Shown here piece by piece: positions 40,104 to 52,140 of a stretch of 64,000 nucleotides of DNA. A program made the translations under genes and the position numbers. The notes under the pieces were generated by a model. That model was given only the letters and a program-made list of their open reading frames with translations. It was not told the origin of the DNA and searched no databases. The DNA is from Gemmatimonadota bacterium (GTDB taxonomy: Bacteria; Gemmatimonadota; Gemmatimonadetes; Gemmatimonadales; GWC2-71-9): contig JBDHAB010000001.1 in NCBI GenBank assembly GCA_039588295.1, positions 423,338 to 487,337 of the forward strand, read 5' to 3'. Within the stretch, counting starts at the first letter, position 1, and every line of letters starts with the position of its first letter.

Positions 40104-42703
40104 ATGAAATCAGCGGCCCGTGCAGGATTGTCAGCCGTGATGTGGCTCATGCTGCTGATTCACTTCGGGTGCGGAACCCGGGCAGCGGTGGACGCACTGC
40201 ACGATCGGCTCAAAGTCACCCACACCGGCAAGCATGATGAGGTGGAAGTCGGCAGCAAGTATGTCGGTTTGGAGTTGATGAACGGATCACCCCTGCTCAA
40301 TCGGATCAGCTTCTACTATCCCGTCGCAAACAGTGTGGATCTGACCCGCGACTATTGGAAACGCGGCGAATACCCATGCCTCTTTTTGGGACTCAAGTCA
40401 GGTGACGCGCCGAAGGAGTGGATCGGCCTCGAACCGTGGCAGTACGAGCTGACGCCGTATGCGGTAGCGTATACCCGGCAGGATGACACGAAGGCCGTCA
40501 CCGTCAGCTACGATTTCATGGAGACATTTCCGGCCTTCAGACTGAGGATTGTCGTCAGGAATCTGGGCGACCAACCGCTGCCGATCGAATTGTACACCCA
40601 CCTGGAAGCGACCCAGCGACCCAGCGCACGAGCCATACCTATGCCATCAAAGACAGCGCCTGGACCGAACAGCTCGAAACCGGGGAGACTGTCTATGTGA
40701 ATTATGAAGCCGCAGAGACGGGACCGAACCAGCTGTTCGTCACCAACGTGGGAGATATGCCATCCAGTTTCAGCACGCGGTCACGAACGCTGGGAACAGC
40801 AGGCTCCGTGCCTGAATGGTGGACAACGCACGACTCCAGATTGCCGGGAGAGATCATACCGCGGGGCGAGCCCGACAAGCCCGTTGTGGCCTTCCAATAC
40901 CACAAAGTGATCGAGCCGGACGAAGCACTGGAGGTGGAACAACTGATCGGATCGACACTGCCCGGCGAGGCAAAGTCTATGGCAGTTGCGCTTCGGGCAT
41001 CCTACCGCACCGAGATATCCAACTATCGCGAGTCCATACTGGGAGCTGCCTATGCGAAGGGCAACCTTCGTACTTCAGACCGGGCACTCGATCACAGCGT
41101 CAGCTGGGCACAGGCAATTCTGGCGGCAAACATCCATTACATCGATGGTTCCTTTGTTCCCATGCCGGCGCCTGCCGAGTACAACTTCTATTTCACGCAT
41201 GATGTCCTGTTAACGGATCTGGCTGCGGTCAATTTCGACTTGCCCAGGGTCAAACAAGATCTGGAGTACATCATCACCCGCGCCTCCGATGAGGATGTCA
41301 TTCCCCACGCCTACTACTGGAAGGATGACCGTTATCAGACCGAATGGGCTAGTTCGGATAGCTGGAATCATTTCTGGTTTGTGATTGTCGCCAGCAGCTA
41401 CTTGCGCCACTCCGGTGACACTGCAACCGTGAGAAAGTTGTACCCATACATTGAAAAAAGCCTTTCGATGGTGATGTCCAACAAACATGCCGATGGTCTG
41501 TTGTGGGCGGAGCGCCCCGACTGGTGGGATATCGGGCACGTCTATGGCCCACGTGCCTACATGACCATTTTGGCCTTTCGTGCCCTGCGGGACTTCGCCT
41601 TCACATCGCTGGTGCTGGAGCAGAAGACGGCAACAGACCTGAAGCAATACGAAGATGTTGCGGCAGAGCTGCAGGCCGGGCTGTCAGAGCGGCTGTGGGA
41701 TGAAGAGCTGGGATACCTCATGAACGTGAATCCCGGCCACGAGATCGACCGACACCTCTACAGCGGGTCATTATTGGCTGCCCACTATGGCCTGCTGGAC
41801 AGCGCGAAGACCGCCCGCCTCACCGAGACTGCCGGCCGGCACATGGTTGATGAGCAAATCGGGCTGTACAATGCGTATCCCATGGATTTCCATGAACGCA
41901 TCGAGGAATACCGGTTCTCGGGAGGGGAAGCGGGCGACAAGTACTACTACTTCAATGGAGGGGTGTGGCCGCACGGCAATGCCTGGTACGCTCTGGCCCT
42001 CATGGCCGTGGGGAAGGAATCAGAGGCACTCGAATTCATCAAGCATGTCATGACGCTCGAAGGCGTGATGAAGAGCCCGAACGGCCAGCCGGCCATGTAT
42101 GAATTCCGCAATGCCAACGCAGAGGACCGCGAGGCGTATGGGCAGCTGGACAAGCCCCAGTTCACATGGGCGGCTGCCTGGTACCAGTATGCGCTATACA
42201 GGCTGTTTGGCGTCCGGGAAAATGAGTGGAATATCGCCATCGAGCCGTTCGTACCCGAGAACACCCGGCAAATCGAGTATGGACTGACGGTAGGCGGAAA
42301 CCGTGTGCAGGTTCTGGTGCGCGGCAACGGTTCCGCTATCAAGCAACTGCTGATCGATGGAAGGCCACGGTTTTCGGCCGTGCTTCCCCGATCAGCGATG
42401 GCCGTTTCAACGATCGAAGTAGAACTCGGGGAGGTTGAGGCACCCTACCTCACCTCAACACAGGCGATACTGGTGGAAAGCGAGTACAGCCGGCGGAACA
42501 ACAGCCTGCTGGTGATACTGGAAGCATTCGCCGGGCACTCGAGCGAGACGCAGATCGTGTCTCCTCTCAGGCCCGTTTCAGTTGTGCACAATCGGGCTCC
42601 ATTAGCCACCGGATGGTCGGTAGGCAGCGTGGGAGAGGCGTACAGGACCCGAATCCAGCTCACGCACTCCTCACAGTTGGATACCCTACTGGTTCAATTC
42701 TAG
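40104..42703 (+). pseudogene. Large secreted six-hairpin glycosidase-like gene split by an 8-bp duplication
   Basis: AGCGACCC repeated at 40607-40622; removing one copy joins the two ORFs into 863 aa; PDWWD and YFNGGVWPHGNAWY resemble (alpha/alpha)6 glycosidases. Confidence 0.75.
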
Positions 42704-42767
42704 CGTTCAGGCGTATTCGCGCAGAGGACGAACCGGCTTGGACGATACCCAGGACTGGTCGAGCACC

Positions 42768-44024
42768 CTAGCCTCCGCCCGGCCACCCTCGACCCTCGTC
42801 TCCCAACGGACGCTCCAGACTCCACAATGTGAGCTGCTCGACGTCGAGCTCATCCAACGTCAACCCAATCACGTAGTCCGGCCCGATGTCCAACGGACGC
42901 GTTCGCGGAGGCATCGTGAGCCGCCCGACCGCTCTCCCATCGGCATTCACGATCGTGTAGGTACGGCTGAGCTGACCGGGCAGGAGGTACTCACCGATCC
43001 ACAGGTGCTCCAACGCGTCAACCACGAAGTGGTTGTACGGTGGAACCCACTCCGGAATCGGAACCTCGGCCATCTGCGCGCGGATGTCTCGCGCAGCCGC
43101 ATCGTCGCGCGCGTTCGCGATGCGCTCATCCAAGTGCGCTTCACGGAGTTCCGCCGTCACTGAGAGTCGGGCTCGGGCAAAACGCACGATGCGCATCAGC
43201 ACGGCATCCAGCGTGTAGGCGCGGATCTCCCACGCGTCTCCCGTACCGAGCCAAATCCGGTCGGCCGCGGCCGCCGCCGCCGTGACCCGTCCAAAGGGGA
43301 GCGTCGACGCTTGGAACATGCCGCCACTGCTGCGGGCGAACATCTCGGCCGCAGGCACGTCGCCGAGGTCGGCACGCACGCTCCCGTCGGGCATCAGGAC
43401 CACGTACCGCGAGTTTGGTCGCACCGCTCCCGTCGGGAATCCTGCCTCGCTCGAGAAGAACATCCCACCGCCCATCGCGAGACCACCATCCGCGGTGATG
43501 CCAATGGCCACGGGGTATCCCCCGCCCTCCTCGCCGATCCGGTAGGACCGCGCGTAACCGGCATCGACGTGGAGTATCGACACCCTCCGCAACTGGCTGT
43601 CGTACACGACGACGCTGTCGGACCCCAACAGACCGGCCAAACGCGGGGACTCGAACTCCCCGGGGCCTTCGCCTTTGCCACCAAGCGTATGCTCCAGTTG
43701 TCCCCCCGCGTCGTAGATCCGAAGCTCGCCATCCCCACCATCCACGACCGCGATCCGTCCATCGGGAAGACGCCGCGCCCCGCCGACACGAAAGAGCTGC
43801 TGTGAGTCCGGCACATCGAGACCACCAATCGTGAGCGTCGGCGCGCCGCTCAGTACCCACCCGGCGCGGATACCGAGCGTGTCGATCCGATTCTCCACGA
43901 TCCCGATCCCCGCGCTGTCGCGCGTGGTTACGGTCACCGGGGGTTGGTCGGGCGTGTCGGTGCAGGCGACCAGGATCATGGCCACCGCCACTGCAACGTC
44001 CGTCGTGTGAGACATCTTGCTCAT
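42768..44024 (-). CDS. 6-bladed beta-propeller lipoprotein
   Basis: LVAC lipobox, RDSAGIGIVEN, GGKGEGPGEF, DELDVEQ; GGAGG RBS. Confidence 0.8.
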   Translation of the reverse strand: MSKMSHTTDVAVAVAMILVACTDTPDQPPVTVTTRDSAGIGIVENRIDTLGIRAGWVLSGAPTLTIGGLDVPDSQQLFRVGGARRLPDGRIAVVDGGDGELRIYDAGGQLEHTLGGKGEGPGEFESPRLAGLLGSDSVVVYDSQLRRVSILHVDAGYARSYRIGEEGGGYPVAIGITADGGLAMGGGMFFSSEAGFPTGAVRPNSRYVVLMPDGSVRADLGDVPAAEMFARSSGGMFQASTLPFGRVTAAAAAADRIWLGTGDAWEIRAYTLDAVLMRIVRFARARLSVTAELREAHLDERIANARDDAAARDIRAQMAEVPIPEWVPPYNHFVVDALEHLWIGEYLLPGQLSRTYTIVNADGRAVGRLTMPPRTRPLDIGPDYVIGLTLDELDVEQLTLWSLERPLGDEGRGWPGGG

Positions 44025-44066
44025 CTTGCCTCCAACGTCTGATCGCTCATCCACGACGTCTACAGA

Positions 44067-44094
44067 CGTTAGGCGTTGGGCGTTAGGTGTTAGA
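44067..44094. repeat. Heptamer tandem repeat, 4 copies
   Basis: cgttagg cgttggg cgttagg tgttaga. Confidence 0.7.
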
Positions 44095-44265
44095 CCCCTA
44101 ACCGCCGACGATCACCCACGCGGACCGGTCGCGGATCGGCCAGAAGCGACCCGGCCCCCACAGCCGAACCCCATTCAGGTGCGCACGCCGTGTCGCAGCT
44201 TCCGACCACCGGCGAGGTTCGATCTACCCGGATCTTCGTGGGGTCGCGGGCCCCGCTTCCCGCCG

Positions 44266-46980
44266 CTACCGCCGCGCGGTCAGCTCCGTCTCCTGCGTGC
44301 CGCCGCCCATCATGGCCGGGAGCTTGGTCGTGCCGCGCACGACCAGGTGCGGCGCGTCACGCGTCACGTTGAGCGTCGCCGTACCGGACTCGTCCCCGTC
44401 GAGCGGCGACAGCGCCACGATCCAGGTCTCGAACGTGCCGGCGCCTGTGGTGACGGTCTCGCTTCCCGTCACGGTGATGCCGATCGGCCGGATCTTCTGC
44501 GTGAGCAGTGCCAGCATCTGCATGCTGCCCACGTAGTCCTCGGCCAGGGGGAGCCCCGCGAGGAGCACGTCGCGGCTGGCGCCCTCGCCAAACACCACGC
44601 CCTCGAGTGCTAAATCCACTGGTATCGACTGTGGGCCGATCTCGAGCGTGCCGGTCACCGTCGTATCCGTGAACCGGAGCATGACCGTTGCCCCGCCGGT
44701 GGCGTCGCGCCGCACGGGCACGAGCGTCGCCGGGTCCACGTCGAGCGTGTCCGCCGCCGAGAGGCCCGGGACCTGCACGGCATCCACGATCCGCCACACG
44801 GCCTTGTCGTCGAACGTGGCCGCGGTGACGGTGCGGGTCGAGCTGAACTGCTGCTCCCGACCCATCGTCTTGACCGTTGTCGCGTAGGTGAGCGTCATCG
44901 GCGCCAGCGCAGCGCCGTTACCCGCCGCGATCATCGCCCCCACCATGGCCGCGCCACCCGGTGGCGCCGTGGTGACGGTGACGGTCTTCGGGTCCACGGT
45001 CAGGGAGGCGAGCTTTCGGGCGATGTCCTCCGGCATGGACTCCTGGTAGCGCCCGCCCAGATGCGTGGCAAAGAACTTCTCCATCGCCACCGCGATGGCG
45101 AGCCGATTCTCGCGGCCCGCGAACCCGTGGCCTTCGTCCGGCGCCAACAGGTACTCGACCGGCATGCCGCGGTCTCGTAGCGAGACCACGATCTGCTCGG
45201 ACTCGGCCTTGTTGACGCGCGGATCGTTGGCCCCCTGGATCACGAGCAGCGGAACCCGGATCTGATCGGCCGAGTGGATGGGCGACATCTTCTGGAGCAG
45301 CTCCAGGTCTTCCGGATCGTCGGGATTGCCAAGCCGCACGTTGAAGATCTTCTTGATGGGCGCCCAGTACGGTGGGATGGACGCCAGCAGTGTCAGTAGG
45401 TTCGACGGGCCGACGTACGAGACGCCCGCCGCGTAGAGATCCGGTGTGAACGCCAGTCCGGCGAGCGTCGCGTAGCCGCCGTACGAGCCGCCGAAGATCC
45501 CCACGCGGGTGGGATCGGCGATTCCTTGCTGCACGAGATACGCGACCCCATCGCTGATGTCGTGCTGCATGGCCCCGATCCCCCACTCCTTGTTCCCGGC
45601 GTTGAGGAACGTCTTCCCGTATCCGGTGGAGCCGCGGAAGTTGGGCTGGAGCACGGCGTAGCCGCGGTTGGCGAGGAACTGGGCGTACGGGTCGTAGCCC
45701 CACGAGTCGCGCGCCCACGGGCCGCCATGCGGCAGGATCACGGTCGGCAGGTTCTTGGCCTCGAGCCCGCGCGGCAGCGTGAGGTACGCGGGGATCGTGA
45801 GTCCATCCCGTGCCGGGTAGCGCACGGGCGTGGCAAAGGCCAGGTGCTCGCTCGGCAGGTCGGGTCGGGACCGGTAGAGCAGCGTCGCGGTCCCCGACTG
45901 CCGGTCGTAGAGGTACGCGGCACCCGGATCCACGTCGCGCGAGACCGAGATGACCCAGTATCGCTCGTCCGACGTCTGCGATCCGACGCCGAGCTCGCCG
46001 TCCGGCAGCGCCGCGCGGATCCGTTCCAGATCCTTGGCGAATTGCTCCGTCTTGGGATAGATCCGCACGCGGTCGCCGACGTACACAGTGGCGAGCAGAT
46101 CACCCGTGACGTCCGAGAACGCGGCCCCGCCGAAGTCCACCTGGTCCTCGGGGTCCGCCTCGACGACCTCGAGGTCCATGGTCTGGGGATCGAGCAGGGC
46201 GAGCCGCGTGAGATCCACGTCGGCGCTCTTGTTGGTGGTCATGTACACGCGGCGGCCGTCCTTATGCACGCGGACCGGCCCGCAGCTCTCCTTGTTGCTG
46301 CACTCGTATACCGTGGTGAGCGCGCTCCCGTCCACCCGCAGGATCTCGGTGCCGCCGTCGTCCTTGATGCGCACGCCGAGCCGCAGGTTGCCGGCCCGAT
46401 CGGCGAGGAAGCCGGCCACGCGGTCCTGGTTCTCGAGCACGAGCGTGCGCTCGCCGGTCGTGAGGTCGATCGTGTGCACGTCGTGCCACTGTGGATCGCG
46501 GTCGTTCAGGCTCACGACGATCGTGTTCGGCGTCTCGCGTGGGACCGCGTTGATCCGGGCCTGAATGGCGCCGTACGGCGTGAGGTCACGTGCGGGCGGC
46601 ACGCCCGTCGTGGCCTCCGGCGGCGCGGCGGGATCCACCGCGTAGATGTGGTAGTTCTCGTTGCCGCCTTTGTCCTGGACGTACAGAAGGTATTTGCTGT
46701 CCTGCGACCAGAAGTACCCCGTGACCGGCCGTGTCGTGTCGGCCGTCACCGGCTTCGCCGCGTCGAATGGCTCCGGAGTGCGCTTGACCCAGATGTTCAT
46801 GATTCCGCCGTACGGCTTGCGGAACGAGATGAACCGGCCATCCGGCGAGATCTGGGCGCCCGAAATCTCGGGATCGCCGAAGAACAACTCGCGGTCAATC
46901 AGGGGCGGCTGCTGCGCGGCGGCACCTATCGGAACGGCAAGCAGCACCACCAGGGGAATCACAAAGAGGATGCGTCGCAT
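44266..46980 (-). CDS. S9 family (dipeptidyl aminopeptidase/acylaminoacyl) peptidase with an extra C-terminal beta domain
   Basis: Signal peptide, HGGPW, GGSYGG, NDPRV, DEGHG. Confidence 0.93.
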   Translation of the reverse strand: MRRILFVIPLVVLLAVPIGAAAQQPPLIDRELFFGDPEISGAQISPDGRFISFRKPYGGIMNIWVKRTPEPFDAAKPVTADTTRPVTGYFWSQDSKYLLYVQDKGGNENYHIYAVDPAAPPEATTGVPPARDLTPYGAIQARINAVPRETPNTIVVSLNDRDPQWHDVHTIDLTTGERTLVLENQDRVAGFLADRAGNLRLGVRIKDDGGTEILRVDGSALTTVYECSNKESCGPVRVHKDGRRVYMTTNKSADVDLTRLALLDPQTMDLEVVEADPEDQVDFGGAAFSDVTGDLLATVYVGDRVRIYPKTEQFAKDLERIRAALPDGELGVGSQTSDERYWVISVSRDVDPGAAYLYDRQSGTATLLYRSRPDLPSEHLAFATPVRYPARDGLTIPAYLTLPRGLEAKNLPTVILPHGGPWARDSWGYDPYAQFLANRGYAVLQPNFRGSTGYGKTFLNAGNKEWGIGAMQHDISDGVAYLVQQGIADPTRVGIFGGSYGGYATLAGLAFTPDLYAAGVSYVGPSNLLTLLASIPPYWAPIKKIFNVRLGNPDDPEDLELLQKMSPIHSADQIRVPLLVIQGANDPRVNKAESEQIVVSLRDRGMPVEYLLAPDEGHGFAGRENRLAIAVAMEKFFATHLGGRYQESMPEDIARKLASLTVDPKTVTVTTAPPGGAAMVGAMIAAGNGAALAPMTLTYATTVKTMGREQQFSSTRTVTAATFDDKAVWRIVDAVQVPGLSAADTLDVDPATLVPVRRDATGGATVMLRFTDTTVTGTLEIGPQSIPVDLALEGVVFGEGASRDVLLAGLPLAEDYVGSMQMLALLTQKIRPIGITVTGSETVTTGAGTFETWIVALSPLDGDESGTATLNVTRDAPHLVVRGTTKLPAMMGGGTQETELTARR

Positions 46981-47309
46981 GATACTCACGCCTCCAGTGG
47001 CGAGAGGGAATACAGGGAACCTAGCCAACTGGGGCGGTTCGGCGGTACCGGCGGGAGAGGACGGGAACGACGGGAGTGACGAGAACAACGGTATGGCGGG
47101 TGAACTCTCACACGTGCTCACGCCAGTCTCGACGCGATCGACGTCACCAGTAAGGTCACTAATGACATTCCCGCTCAATACCAACGCACCTGCTTGCACG
47201 TCGAATGTGACTGTCAAGGCAGCGAATTTGAAGACGGCGGGTTCACATCAACCATGCGATCCTGACGCCGCGCGAGGGATCCGCGCCGGCGCTCGCGACC
47301 GAGCGACCC

Positions 47310-49418
47310 CTACTCTCCAGCCGGACGGAACCGAATCGCGTAGCCGCCGCCTCGGCCCATCGACAACGTGAGGATCGAGGTACTTGTCACCACCTCGTCA
47401 CGCAGATCGATGGCGTACGGATTCGTTTCCCAGTCGGCCCCTGCCCCGTCCCCGTAGATCTCCGCGACGAACGATTCTCCGCTCGGCAAGAAGTCGAGCG
47501 TCACGTCCACCGATCGGGCCTGTTCGTCCGTGACGGCGCCGAGATACCAATCGGCGCTGTGGCGATCCTTGCGGACAAAGACCGCGTAGTCACCGATCGC
47601 GGCGTCCGGCACGTATGTGTACTCCCAGTCCACCGGCACGTCGCGGATGAACTGAAACGCCGATCGTGTACCGGATGACTCGCGCTCGTGTGCTTCGTAG
47701 TTCTCGACCAGATCGGCGGCCATGTGGAGTGGGCTGTAGAGCACGACGTAGAGGGCGAGCTGACGCGCCAACGTCGACGGCATCCGATGATTCGGGCGGT
47801 ACTCCGGGTACCGCACGGCGAAGACGCCGGGCGTGTAATCGAACGGTCCACTCAGCATGCGCGTGAAGGCCAGCACCGGCACATGTTCGAGCGGATTCGG
47901 CACGCCGGCGCCCGAGTTGTACTCCTGCCCGCGAGCGCCTTCCCGCGTCATCATGTTCGGAAACGTGCACCGGATGCCCGTGTCCTTGATTGGTTCGTGC
48001 ACATCGATCATGATGCCGTAGCGCGCCGCCGTCTCGATGACTTTGCGGTAGTGCCGCACCATGTACTGACCGTGGTGCCACTCGAGCTCGCCATTGCCGC
48101 GATTGATGTTCTGCCCAAACCCGACGTAGCCGGTCTTGACCGCCTTGATGCCGAGCCGCTGGTACAGCGCAAACGCATCCTCCATCTGTGCTTCGTAGTT
48201 CAGCACGTCGGCGCTCGTCTCGTGATGGCCGATGAGCGAGACCCCGCGCTCCAGCGCGTACCGCTGCACCTCTTCGAGATCGAAGTCGGGATACGGCTCG
48301 GTAAACCGGAATAGCGACCCGTTCTCGAGCCAGTTGCCGTCCCAGCCGATGTTCCACCCTTCGACGAGCACGCCAGCAAATCCGTTGCTCGCTGCAAAAT
48401 CAATGTATCGCTTTGCATTGGCCGTCGTCGCGCCATGCTTGGCGCCGGATTCCCATGTGTTCTTGCCGATGTGCATCCCCCACCAGATACCGACGTACTT
48501 GCCTGGTTCGACCCATGACACGTCGCCGAGCCGATTGGGCTCCGCAAGGTTCAAGATGAGCGTCGACTCCGCGAGGTCGGCGGGCGTGTCCGCGATCTGG
48601 ATCGTGCGCCACGGCGAGGCGTGGGGCGCGGTCGCACGCACCTTGACGCCATCGGACCATGGCACGAGGTCGACCTCGAGGGTGACCCCACCGCCTGTCG
48701 ATGCGCCGACGCCCATCAGTGTCATCGACGCGTAGTCGGTGAGATCAGACTCGTGAATACTCAGATACGGCCGCGCCGTTCCAGCGGCGTCCTGAGTCGA
48801 CGTGGATGGCTCGAGCGTCAGTGGGGTGTGCACCGTGTCCAGGCTGCCGCCAGGCGACCTCGTGTACAGATACTCGTAGCGGTTCTCCCGATACGCCGGG
48901 ATCCACCATGCATCGTACGGGCTCGTGAGTGCGAACTCGGTGAGCTCATCGGTGATTGCGAAATCGCCGAGCTCCGGCTGCTCTGGCCACGCATACCGGA
49001 AGCCCACGCCATCGTCGAACACCCGAAAGATGATCTGCATGCGGCGCTGGGGTGGCTCGCTGCGCCGTAACTCGACCTGCAACTCGTTGTGATGGTCGCG
49101 CACTTCAGCAACTTCCCCCCAAGGCTGGACCCAGCTGTCATCCACCGCACCGGTGCGGCGCCTCACAAGCACCAGGTTGGTGTCGAACGACGCGCCGTCG
49201 GCAAGAACGACACCCAGCAGAGCCCGGTCGATGAGCGGCATGCCGTCCCGCACAACGCGATAAGCTGGAACACCGTCGGCGAGTTCGAACGTCATGGTCG
49301 TGCGACCGTCCGGGGCAGTCACCGAGATCACCGCGTCGCGCTGCGGACTCGTGCACGCCATGGTAAGAAGCCCCAGCACCGAAAGGCCTATGAACAGCTG
49401 GAAACGCGTCACGCGCAT
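47310..49418 (-). CDS. GH97 alpha-glucosidase (SusB-like) lipoprotein
   Basis: PGKYVGIWWGMH, VEGWN.GW, HHETS, HEPIK, REGARGQEY, DYTPG. Confidence 0.93.
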   Translation of the reverse strand: MRVTRFQLFIGLSVLGLLTMACTSPQRDAVISVTAPDGRTTMTFELADGVPAYRVVRDGMPLIDRALLGVVLADGASFDTNLVLVRRRTGAVDDSWVQPWGEVAEVRDHHNELQVELRRSEPPQRRMQIIFRVFDDGVGFRYAWPEQPELGDFAITDELTEFALTSPYDAWWIPAYRENRYEYLYTRSPGGSLDTVHTPLTLEPSTSTQDAAGTARPYLSIHESDLTDYASMTLMGVGASTGGGVTLEVDLVPWSDGVKVRATAPHASPWRTIQIADTPADLAESTLILNLAEPNRLGDVSWVEPGKYVGIWWGMHIGKNTWESGAKHGATTANAKRYIDFAASNGFAGVLVEGWNIGWDGNWLENGSLFRFTEPYPDFDLEEVQRYALERGVSLIGHHETSADVLNYEAQMEDAFALYQRLGIKAVKTGYVGFGQNINRGNGELEWHHGQYMVRHYRKVIETAARYGIMIDVHEPIKDTGIRCTFPNMMTREGARGQEYNSGAGVPNPLEHVPVLAFTRMLSGPFDYTPGVFAVRYPEYRPNHRMPSTLARQLALYVVLYSPLHMAADLVENYEAHERESSGTRSAFQFIRDVPVDWEYTYVPDAAIGDYAVFVRKDRHSADWYLGAVTDEQARSVDVTLDFLPSGESFVAEIYGDGAGADWETNPYAIDLRDEVVTSTSILTLSMGRGGGYAIRFRPAGE

Positions 49419-49528
49419 GCTATCCCCTCGTCTGGTGTTACGAGTCGTCGACGGCGGAACGTTAACGCGCGACGCAATCTCGGGAAAGGTGATACTCGCC
49501 ACCGACGCTTGAGGGGCGACAGAGGTCG

Positions 49529-51132
49529 CTAGAAGGGCGCCACCGCCGGTGCCGGCTGATGCGTTTCCCACCACCGCACCTGCTTCTCCCGATCCCATAC
49601 TGCCAGTGTCCCGCAAGCCGCGAGGGCCCTTGAGAGTTCGTCGGCGGTCTGCGCACGGTGCGCGGGGTCCTTCTCCAGACACTGCATGATGATCTGTTCC
49701 AACGCGGCCGGTATCTCCATCTCTGTCCGTTGCGACGGTGGAACCGGTTTTTCGTTCAAGTGCATCACCATGGTGCGCATGGCGGTCGGTCCCCGGAAGA
49801 CCAATTGTCCGGTGAGCAACCAATAGGCGACACAGCCGAGGGAGTAGATGTCGGTCCGGCCGTCGATCGGTTCGTCACCGGTCACCTGCTCGGGGGAGAT
49901 GTACCCCGGGGTCCCTCCCACCACATCGGGCGCCGTCAGCTTGACGTCGTCCTCCCGCTCGCCCCTGTGCTTCACCAGCCCGAAATCGAGCACTTTCACG
50001 AAGTCCAGGTCACGTCCGTACCGGCACACGTAGATATTTGCCGGCTTGATGTCCCGGTGGATCAGTCCGTGCTCGTGTGCCTCCGCGAGCGAGTGACAGA
50101 CCTGGCGTATCAGGTGCACAGCGCGCTCGGCAGGTACCGGCCCGAACTTCTGAACCAGCGTCTCGAGATCGAACCCGTCGAGCAATTCCATCACGTAGTA
50201 AAACGTTCCTTCGGCCGAAACCCCGAAGTCGTACAGTTCGATCGTGTTCGGTGAACGCATCGACGCGGTGGCTTGTGCCTCTTGGGTGAAGCGTTTGAGC
50301 GCGATGTCGTGATGCTCACCTCCGCCTTCCAAAACTTCGGGTCGAACCAACTTGATGGCAGCCGGGCGAGCCAGCATCCGGTGCTCCGCGCGCCACACTT
50401 CACCCATCCCTCCCTGTCCCAACCGCTCGACGAGCCGGTAGCTCCCCATCTCTCGTGCCTTCGCCACATCGGTCCCGAGCCGGTAGATGGCGCGCGCACC
50501 AACGTGTGTCATGAGGATGATCAGCAGGTACGGGAAGATCAATCCGACAATGAATTCCCCAGGCGTCAGTACGATCGTCGTGCCACCGTACTTCATGCTC
50601 AACGCTATCGTGATCGGCACGGCACTCACCGATGCGACCGTGGCTATCAGGGCCTTGTGGGGCTTTGCCGGGATGACGATGCTGAACAACATGACCCACG
50701 CGGCTACCCACGACAGACCATGCCGGGATGACGATGCTGAACAACATGACCCACGCGGCTACCCACGACAGACCAAAGATCTCGAGATGACCCATGTGGT
50801 ATTCGAGCCCTTCGTACACTCCCCAGTACTGCGCCATCGCGATCCCGAAGCTCCCCACGACCTCGAACGTCAGCCCCACGGTCATGAGCATTCGCGTCGT
50901 GAGTTGGGGTCGCGTTGTGACCCAAGCGACAACGAGGGCCACCACAATCGAGATGGCGGAGGGTCCCCAGTCGGAAGAAGACGAACGCGTACACGAGCGC
51001 CAATGCCCGGAGTCGCTTGGCCGATCTGAGTACCAGGTCGTCCGGTAGCGTTGACGACCCACTCAGGTCCTGGCCGCTCGCGGTAGAGGCGCGGCGGATG
51101 ACCGCCGTATTCGTATACGATTCGTGGTGCAT
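49529..51132 (-). pseudogene. Membrane Ser/Thr protein kinase with two frameshifts in its N-terminal TM region; kinase domain intact
   Basis: GQGGMG, AIK, HRDIKPAN, DFG, SPE in 49529-50692; N-terminus spread over two other frames. Confidence 0.8.
50666..50775. repeat. Perfect 55-bp tandem duplication
   Basis: 50666-50720 is identical to 50721-50775. Confidence 0.95.
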
Positions 51133-51249
51133 GGCTCTTCCCGGTCTGCACCAGAGTACCGTTGCGCGGCATTCCCGACAACCGTTTGTCTATTCGAACC
51201 GGGACACGACGCGTATGTTGGTGGGAGTCCCCCAACGGAGCGCACTCGG

Positions 51250-51897
51250 ATGCTCACAATGAGATCAGTGGTCTCGCTCATGGCCCTCATTGCAGTTGCA
51301 TCCGTGTCTGCAGCGGCACAGTCGCTGGAGAAGCGTCACCAGATCGGATTGCGCTTCGGTGTGTGGAATCAACTGACGGAAGTCAGGACCGAAGTCGGCT
51401 CGGGTGGGGTGTCAACCACGGTCGGAGGCACAGGGGTTCTGGGGGGAGTGGCCTACGGCCATTGGCTCAAAGAGCACCTTGCCTTACAGATCAGCGTCAG
51501 TGGCATGGCGGCACGCCTACATACCGAGGTTGGCGGCTCAGGCGTGTCCACTGAAATCGCTGTGGTCGCTCCGCTCCTCTTCGGGATGAAGTACTACTTC
51601 CCCAGGTCCACGTATGGTTCCTCCATCAGGCCCTTCGCGGCGGCCGGCATTGGAGCAATGATCGGCAATCAGCTGGAGACGCAAAGCGGCACGGTCGTCA
51701 CGGTGGTGGCCAGGACCGAAACTGCCGTCGGTGGGGAATTGGGTGGAGGAGTGGATTTCTTGCTGAGTCGCCATTTCCTGGCGTCCCTGGCTCTCGGGTT
51801 CAATCTCATGACGGATTTCTCGGAGCCGATTGGTGGCAGCAAGAACTACAGCGGTCCACAAGTCACGCTTGGCGTGAGTTTCGTGTTCGGCGGATAG
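51250..51897 (+). CDS. Outer-membrane beta-barrel protein (OmpW/OmpA-like)
   Basis: Signal peptide, alternating beta strands, RPFAAAGIG, terminal GVSFVF. Confidence 0.75.
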   Translation: MLTMRSVVSLMALIAVASVSAAAQSLEKRHQIGLRFGVWNQLTEVRTEVGSGGVSTTVGGTGVLGGVAYGHWLKEHLALQISVSGMAARLHTEVGGSGVSTEIAVVAPLLFGMKYYFPRSTYGSSIRPFAAAGIGAMIGNQLETQSGTVVTVVARTETAVGGELGGGVDFLLSRHFLASLALGFNLMTDFSEPIGGSKNYSGPQVTLGVSFVFGG

Positions 51898-52140
51898 TCC
51901 GAAACACAGGGCAGATCCGACGACGCGTCGCTGTCGCGCAGCGCACAAGCACATTCAGGACGAAGAGCGGCTCAGCGTCGGTCTTGGGTACGAAAGCGGC
52001 GAGCCTGGACTTCCCGGATCATCACGACGCTGCCAGGGTAGAGATCTCAAATAGCCGAGCTGCAGTTCCGTCCCTGTAGACCACTCTTCGACGAGGAGGC
52101 CACGATGATTCCTCCAGTCAATGAGCCGCGGGAAACCAGA

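Noticed and set aside
42626..42643. SVGEAY in the glycosidase resembling the VAGEAYS repeat peptide
   Set aside because: Opposite strands and weak nucleotide similarity; probably chance
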